The translations under genes were made by a program, and so were the position numbers. The notes beneath the pieces are model-generated. The model searched no databases, was not told where the DNA came from, and saw only the letters and a program-made list of their open reading frames with translations. DNA of 64,000 bases, from the IMG/VR virus record IMGVR_UViG_3300031774_002347, one strand, 5' to 3'. The DNA is from an uncultured virus (IMG/VR IMGVR_UViG_3300031774_002347) (Duplodnaviria > Heunggongvirae > Uroviricota > Caudoviricetes). Below, piece by piece: positions 58,627 to 64,000 of this stretch; the stretch's first letter is position 1; every line of letters starts with the position of its first letter.

Positions 58627-59602
58627 TATAGAAAATTTTGATAGAAAGTTTAATAGTATAGGTAGAACCAATGAGTGGAAAGAACTACAGAGAAAGTTCA
58701 ATGATGCAGAACATATATTTTTGTTTGGACATGGTGGTAATCTTGGAGTCGCAGACCATGCAGCAATAGATATCTCAAGGTTAACAGATAAGAATGTTAT
58801 TGCACCAGGTAGTGGAGTTCTTGCAACATCAATTATTTCAGATGAATCATTTGAAACTTGGTTAGCAAAATGGTTAGAGATAAGAACACGAGGATTGGAT
58901 ACTTCTAAATGTTTGGCAATCGGTATGAGTTGTTCAACGACTGGAGCATCATCAAACTCATTAGTAAACGCGTTGAATTATGCAGTTGAAAATGGTATGG
59001 ATGGATGTTTATGGAGTGCACAACCAAAGGAAGATTTAGATGAAAGAATTATCCCTATAAGTTTTGATGTTATAAACTACCATACTTCAGAAATATTATC
59101 ACTCGCGTTAACTTACGAACTAATACATAGTGCTGGGTTCAAATGTCCTACGATTGCTGGAAAAGCAAATCAAAGAAGATTTGATGAATTGGGAATAGAA
59201 TCAGAAGTTAATACAGAAATATCTAATCTAAATGTACCACCTGGATTTGAAGATGAACAAAAGAATATTGCAGTTGATTTTGATGGTGTTATTCATAATA
59301 TGGATAAAGGTTGGTATGATGGTACTTGTTACGGAGAACCACTACCAGGTAGTTTAGATGCGTTAAAACAATTGTATAGTAAATGGAATATAATAATCTT
59401 CACTGCAAAAGGTAGACCAGATAGACCATTAGTAAATGGAAAGACTGGTATTGAGTTGGTAGAGGAATGGTTAGATAAACACGATGTGTTACAATATGTA
59501 GATGAGATTACTTGGGAAAAGCCAAGAGCAGAATATTACATTGATGATAGAGGTATCAAATTTACCAATAATTGGGATGAGATTTTAAAGGAAGTATTGT
59601 GA
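58619..59602 (+). CDS. SIS sugar-phosphate isomerase (GmhA-like) fused to a HAD phosphatase
   Basis: IFLFGHGGNLGVADHAAID, IGMSCS..S; C-terminal IAVDFDGVIH..IFTA..KP..YIDDR. Confidence 0.75.
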   Translation: MVNIENFDRKFNSIGRTNEWKELQRKFNDAEHIFLFGHGGNLGVADHAAIDISRLTDKNVIAPGSGVLATSIISDESFETWLAKWLEIRTRGLDTSKCLAIGMSCSTTGASSNSLVNALNYAVENGMDGCLWSAQPKEDLDERIIPISFDVINYHTSEILSLALTYELIHSAGFKCPTIAGKANQRRFDELGIESEVNTEISNLNVPPGFEDEQKNIAVDFDGVIHNMDKGWYDGTCYGEPLPGSLDALKQLYSKWNIIIFTAKGRPDRPLVNGKTGIELVEEWLDKHDVLQYVDEITWEKPRAEYYIDDRGIKFTNNWDEILKEVL

Positions 59603-59742
59603 GTTTTTGGGATAATTTATTTTGGGGTGAGTTTAAAATCTATCACTGGCTTAAAAACAAGTATTGGGATTGGAAACTCAAAAGAAAAATTGATAAGAAA
59701 CTGAAAAAATTAAAATCTAAGGACCCATTTATTTACAAATGA
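59599..59742 (+). CDS. Small Trp/Lys-rich peptide (47 aa)
   Basis: GTGA and ATGA overlaps at both ends; ends KDPFIYK*. Confidence 0.4.
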   Translation: MSFWDNLFWGEFKIYHWLKNKYWDWKLKRKIDKKLKKLKSKDPFIYK

Positions 59743-60650
59743 AAGATAATTTTAAAATAGCGGTTATGTTAAACGGACATCCAAAACACTTGGAAACCAC
59801 TCAACATTTATTTAAACATTGGAATAATTTATATGATAATATAGAGTTTGATTTTTTTGTGAGTATTTGGGATACAATTGATAATGATTATGAAAAATTT
59901 GATACCGCATTAGATTATAATGAACTCGATTGGACTACTAAATGGGAAGTATTAAAAGAAGAAGATTGTCCTTATGATTTGAAATCACACGAGGCAGGAC
60001 ATCATCAACCACATTATTGTTATACACTTAAAAAAGTAAATGATTTGAGAAACTCACACGATGAAGAATATGATGCTGTATTACAAACAAGATGTGATAT
60101 GGTAATACTTAGAAAAACTTTAGATGGTCTTGTAGATGAACTCACGAGAAATCAAATAACTGATAGAAATATGTTTTCTAAGAGTGGGATGAAAATTCAT
60201 AGTGTTTACTCACCAGAACTGGAGAAATGGAATCATTCATTTTGGACACACGATTATTATTTTTTAGGTTCACCAAAAGTGTTTGATATATTTTCAAAAA
60301 TGTTTGATGATATGTGGATGAATAAAGATTATGATGGTGAGGTGTTAATGCATGTATTTCCAGCAGAACACTTACACTTAAATGGGATTTGTGTTATGAA
60401 ACCACAGAATGGTGGATTATCATTATTAATAAGAGAACCTTATAGATTCTCTGAATATAATGAGGATGGAATTGAAGTTGGTACTCAAGTTATTAAAACA
60501 CAGGCAAATACAAATCAAGGTTGGGCATTAGATAATCCCACACCAAAACAATTAACAAAATTAATAGATAAGCATGGGTTGGATTGGATATATGATTCTA
60601 AAAATGGAAGAATGATTCAACACTATTTTGAGAGGATGCCAAAAGTATGA
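59739..60650 (+). CDS. Glycosyltransferase-like hypothetical protein
   Basis: IAVMLNG, DFFVSIW, YDAVLQTRCD, DYYFLGS; glycosylation context. Confidence 0.45.
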   Translation: MKDNFKIAVMLNGHPKHLETTQHLFKHWNNLYDNIEFDFFVSIWDTIDNDYEKFDTALDYNELDWTTKWEVLKEEDCPYDLKSHEAGHHQPHYCYTLKKVNDLRNSHDEEYDAVLQTRCDMVILRKTLDGLVDELTRNQITDRNMFSKSGMKIHSVYSPELEKWNHSFWTHDYYFLGSPKVFDIFSKMFDDMWMNKDYDGEVLMHVFPAEHLHLNGICVMKPQNGGLSLLIREPYRFSEYNEDGIEVGTQVIKTQANTNQGWALDNPTPKQLTKLIDKHGLDWIYDSKNGRMIQHYFERMPKV

Positions 60651-61321
60651 GAACATTATACGCAAATGGTTGTAGTTTTACACTTGGGGATGAGTTAAAT
60701 CATCCTGAAGTTGAAAGGTTTCCAAATCTGATTGCATATACGAGAGATATGTATGTTGTAAATGAGGCAAGATGTGGAGCTGGGAATGAAGAGATTTGTA
60801 GAAAAACTATGGATTATCTTATGAAGTATATCGATGATGGAAATGACCCAAAAGATTTGGATGTAGTAATAGGTTGGAGTTTAGTTTCAAGATGGGAATA
60901 TTTTGATAATGGTTGGAAAGGTTTAACACCAAACTCAGTAAGTGATAGACAAGATGCTCCATATTATTATTATGGAGTATTTCAATCTACAGAAAAGGAT
61001 ATGTTGGATTTTATGTGGGAAGTTATGGTTGTGGAATCATTCCTAAAAAAACACAATATAAATTATTTCTTCTTTAAGATTGATGCAGGAGAACATATTA
61101 TGTGGAATCAGACTGGAGCAGAGATAATTGATGGGTTTGATTTAGATAAAATTAATAAATTGTATATACAAAATATTGATACGGATAGATTCCCAAGTTT
61201 AGTTAATCCAAGTGAAACCTTTCGTGAGTTTTCATTAGAGTATGCTGGATTAAAACCAGACCATCATCCAAATGAAAAAGCTCACGAATTATTTGCAGAA
61301 TATATAATGGATAGATTATGA
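60647..61321 (+). CDS. SGNH/GDSL hydrolase-like protein
   Basis: ANGCSFTLG, GAGNEEI, C-terminal DHHPNEKAH. Confidence 0.7.
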   Translation: MRTLYANGCSFTLGDELNHPEVERFPNLIAYTRDMYVVNEARCGAGNEEICRKTMDYLMKYIDDGNDPKDLDVVIGWSLVSRWEYFDNGWKGLTPNSVSDRQDAPYYYYGVFQSTEKDMLDFMWEVMVVESFLKKHNINYFFFKIDAGEHIMWNQTGAEIIDGFDLDKINKLYIQNIDTDRFPSLVNPSETFREFSLEYAGLKPDHHPNEKAHELFAEYIMDRL

Positions 61322-62157
61322 GTGATACACATATGAAAGCACCACAATTAGAAATAAAACAACCAATCATACACGCTGGTCCACACGCCAGAGATGCAAT
61401 GAATTATATGCTTGATACTGGTTATTTAAAAAATAAATATACTAAACCAGATAACATAACCTTTATCACTGCCCACAATTATGTTGATGATGAGTTGGGA
61501 AGTGCTGAATCTAAACTACATAGACACAATCAATTATATGAATTAGAAGATGGTAAAAAGGTTAGTATATTTGAGAAAAATTTAATACATTTAGGTATAG
61601 GAACACCCGTAGTTGTTTCTAAACCCGTGTGTGGCCACCATATAACGGACGAGAAGATAGTTGAGGAGTATGGTATGTATTCTCACTTAATGAAAGAACA
61701 ATGGATACTTGAGTATTTGGAAAACAACAAAACAACAGAATTAACGATGTGGTGTGATGCTGGTGATGTAATATTCAAAGATGACCCACAAAAAATTATA
61801 GATATATTTTATGAGTATGATTGTGAATTGTTATTTATGGGAACAACATTCAGAGCTGGAAACAAGGGTGGATTTCACGGAGAATGGGGTGAGAAAGCTA
61901 TGAATCACGAAGATAATCAATATGGTTATTATTTGAATTGTGGGGTAGTTATAGGAAGAACAGATTTTATGATTGAAATATTGAGAGAAGCATTAAAGTA
62001 TAAAGATGATAAAAGGTTCACACAACACCCACCAGAAGCACCTGAACATAAACAAATGTCAGATGACCAAGAAATATTTAGACACTTACATCCAAAGTAT
62101 TATCCAAAAATAAAGGTAGATAACAAAGACGATAGGAGATTAGCATGGCGATATTGA
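61318..62157 (+). CDS. PLOD/LH3-type GT-A glycosyltransferase-like protein
   Basis: WCDAGDVI...YLNCGVVIGR...DDQEIF pattern. Confidence 0.55.
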   Translation: MSDTHMKAPQLEIKQPIIHAGPHARDAMNYMLDTGYLKNKYTKPDNITFITAHNYVDDELGSAESKLHRHNQLYELEDGKKVSIFEKNLIHLGIGTPVVVSKPVCGHHITDEKIVEEYGMYSHLMKEQWILEYLENNKTTELTMWCDAGDVIFKDDPQKIIDIFYEYDCELLFMGTTFRAGNKGGFHGEWGEKAMNHEDNQYGYYLNCGVVIGRTDFMIEILREALKYKDDKRFTQHPPEAPEHKQMSDDQEIFRHLHPKYYPKIKVDNKDDRRLAWRY

Positions 62158-62567
62158 TGGGAAAAACGAGAAGAGGATTTACGGCTGGAACAATGGATTT
62201 ATTACACGCAGGACATATATTGATGTTGAAAGAAGTAAAAGAACAATGTCATTATTTAATAGTTGGTTTACATAGAGACCCAACGATTGATAGACCTGAA
62301 AAGAATAAACCTATACAATCAGTAGAGGAAAGAAGAATACAATTAGAAGCAGTAAAATATATAGATGAGATAATTGAATATGATACAGAAGAGGATTTGA
62401 TTGAGTTGTTAAAGGAGATTAGTCCTGATGTTAGATTTGTAGGTGAGGATTGGAAAGGTAATCCAAATTTGACTGGTATAGATTTACCAATCAAAATAGT
62501 ATTTAATACGAGAGACCATAATTACTCATCAACCGAGTTAAGAAAAAGGATATTAGAAAATGGTTAG
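62157..62567 (+). CDS. Cytidylyl/adenylyltransferase (TagD/RfaE-like)
   Basis: AGTMDLLHAGH (HxGH), LIVGL, KPIQSVEER, YSSTELR. Confidence 0.88.
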   Translation: MGKTRRGFTAGTMDLLHAGHILMLKEVKEQCHYLIVGLHRDPTIDRPEKNKPIQSVEERRIQLEAVKYIDEIIEYDTEEDLIELLKEISPDVRFVGEDWKGNPNLTGIDLPIKIVFNTRDHNYSSTELRKRILENG

Positions 62568-63321
62568 TATAGAATTAATAATGGCAGAGTTCGGAGAAGA
62601 ACGAAAAAATATGGGTGGAAACTTATTCGAGGGTTCACAGAGATTAGACCCAACATTATCTACATTTTCAAAAGTAATGGGTGATGATTATGATGTAAGT
62701 TTAACATTAATAACAGATACAGAGGTATCTATAAATACAGAATTACCATATACAGTCGAGATGATTACCGATAATATATTTGAGGGTAATTCTACTTCAC
62801 AAAGAGGTGAAGCAAGATATGGTAACAGAAGTAATGATTACTATAAAGTAAAGGGGTTGTTGGAATCAGATGCAGATATTGCTATATGTATGGATTCTGA
62901 TATGTATGTAGTTAATGATGAGTTTAAAACAATTGTACCACTCACACAAAAATTTGGTATGTGTATACCAGAGAATCCAAGATTACAGGTTAGGTTTGAT
63001 GGGATTAGAGGAATGGATGGAAACTATACTTTAGACGAAGACCCAACGCGTGGAAATGGTATGATAACTAATATGTCACCAATCACCTTAGATACATCAA
63101 ATCAAAAAGCAAGAGATGTATTAAAAGAATATTGTAATGAAATGGAAACTAATCCTGCAAGAGGTCCATTATCAATGTGGAGAGCAATATGGAAACAAGG
63201 TTGGAATCCAAACATATTACCATTTCAATGGTGTGTTTGTGATATGAGTGTTGGTATTAATGATGTGATTTGTTTACATACTGGTCATAAAAAAGTTGCA
63301 GATTATTATTTGGAGAAATAA
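62560..63321 (+). CDS. Putative GT-A glycosyltransferase
   Basis: KVKGLLES..AICMDSDM (DxD); context. Confidence 0.5.
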   Translation: MVSIELIMAEFGEERKNMGGNLFEGSQRLDPTLSTFSKVMGDDYDVSLTLITDTEVSINTELPYTVEMITDNIFEGNSTSQRGEARYGNRSNDYYKVKGLLESDADIAICMDSDMYVVNDEFKTIVPLTQKFGMCIPENPRLQVRFDGIRGMDGNYTLDEDPTRGNGMITNMSPITLDTSNQKARDVLKEYCNEMETNPARGPLSMWRAIWKQGWNPNILPFQWCVCDMSVGINDVICLHTGHKKVADYYLEK

Positions 63322-63323
63322 CT

Positions 63324-63950
63324 ATGGAAGAAAAGAAAACAAAAGTAGTAATGGTGATGGCACATCCAGACGATGAAATAATATTTGGTTGGCCAATATT
63401 TCAAGATGATGATTACGAAAAGGAAATCATTATGTGTAGTTCAGATTTTAATAATCCAGCAAGACAGGAATATGCTCACAGAAAGTTTTTACTACAAGAG
63501 GTGTGTGATAAATATAACATACCATTAACTTGTTTTGATTATCCATCAGAGTTTTATAAATTAGAAACTCGTGGTACTACATTAGAGGATATGCAAAACA
63601 CGATAGTTGATTGTGTAGATTCAAAGGAATGTGATTTTGTTTTCACACATAATCCTATGGGAGAATATGGACACATAGACCATAAAATGATTTTTGAGTT
63701 GATGTACAATAGAGTTGATAAACCATTATTAATTACAGATTTATTACAATCTGAAACACATTGGCCATCACATAAGAAGATACCGAGAAGAATCGAAATG
63801 GATTTCTACAAACACAAGTTGTTTGATTGTGAGTTGAATGTTGAGATGTACACAGATATCTACAACATATACAAAAATGGAAACGCATGGACATATTGGA
63901 ATACACCAGAAACAGAGACAAAAAAATGTTCTCTTTACAAAATTTATTAA
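63324..63950 (+). CDS. PIG-L/LmbE-family N-acetylsugar deacetylase
   Basis: AHPDDE and THNPMGEYGHIDH. Confidence 0.85.
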   Translation: MEEKKTKVVMVMAHPDDEIIFGWPIFQDDDYEKEIIMCSSDFNNPARQEYAHRKFLLQEVCDKYNIPLTCFDYPSEFYKLETRGTTLEDMQNTIVDCVDSKECDFVFTHNPMGEYGHIDHKMIFELMYNRVDKPLLITDLLQSETHWPSHKKIPRRIEMDFYKHKLFDCELNVEMYTDIYNIYKNGNAWTYWNTPETETKKCSLYKIY

Positions 63951-63971
63951 CTATTTATTAAAGGTTATATT

Positions 63972-64000
63972 ATGAAAAAAGATTCAAATTTAGAGAGTGT
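63972..64000 (+). CDS. Start of a 3'-truncated ORF
   Basis: ATG after the AAGGTTAT leader motif; open to the window end. Confidence 0.35.

Noticed and set aside
1069..63921. Numerous short opposite-strand or alternate-frame ORFs in the track (e.g. 2582..2926, 15331..15936, 41591..42250, 53862..54275)
   Set aside because: They overlap well-supported genes, lack SD sites and read as antisense shadows
1..64000. Bacterial chromosome or integrated prophage (because of recA, clpP, TBDR, pilins, GTs)
   Set aside because: These genes are interleaved with T4-like structural and replication genes and share phage promoters and codon style; no integrase or housekeeping operons
1..64000. Stop-codon reassignment
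   Set aside because: Core genes are full length in the standard code and TAA, TAG and TGA all terminate genes

Overview
AT-rich, gene-dense fragment of a large lytic myovirus with a T4-like gene repertoire, almost all on the + strand, standard genetic code. Layout: (1) 1-20.5 kb virion module: Ser/Thr/Gly-rich fibre/baseplate proteins, S74-chaperone fibre, tail sheath, tail tube, tail assembly chaperone with a probable programmed frameshift, tape measure and baseplate genes, interrupted by a minus-strand island of four small genes with repeated sigma70-type promoters. (2) 20.6-25.9 kb ThyX, RimK-like ligase and a minimal family-A polymerase. (3) 26.1-28.7 kb envelope cassette: two type IV pilin-like genes behind a sigma54-like promoter, exported proteins and a TonB C-terminal-domain protein. 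(4) 28.85-29.3 kb candidate large structured ncRNA. (5) 29.5-45.4 kb replication module (SSB, RecA/UvsX, 5'-3' exonuclease, helicase, class II RNR, PolB, clamp, amino-MTase, clamp loader) containing a full-length TonB-dependent receptor. (6) 45.4-49.8 kb modification cluster: GNAT, a permuted-ATP-grasp-like/Hint fusion and four tandem 2OG-Fe(II) oxygenases, one with a halogenase-type HxG motif. (7) 49.8-64 kb ClpP, Cas4-like nuclease and a long glycosylation/sugar-nucleotide cluster. No tRNA, rRNA, CRISPR array, integrase or transposase was seen. All calls come from reading motifs by eye; no database searches were run. Best novelty candidates: the pilin/TonB cassette, the ATP-grasp-Hint/oxygenase cluster and the ~420-nt structured RNA.
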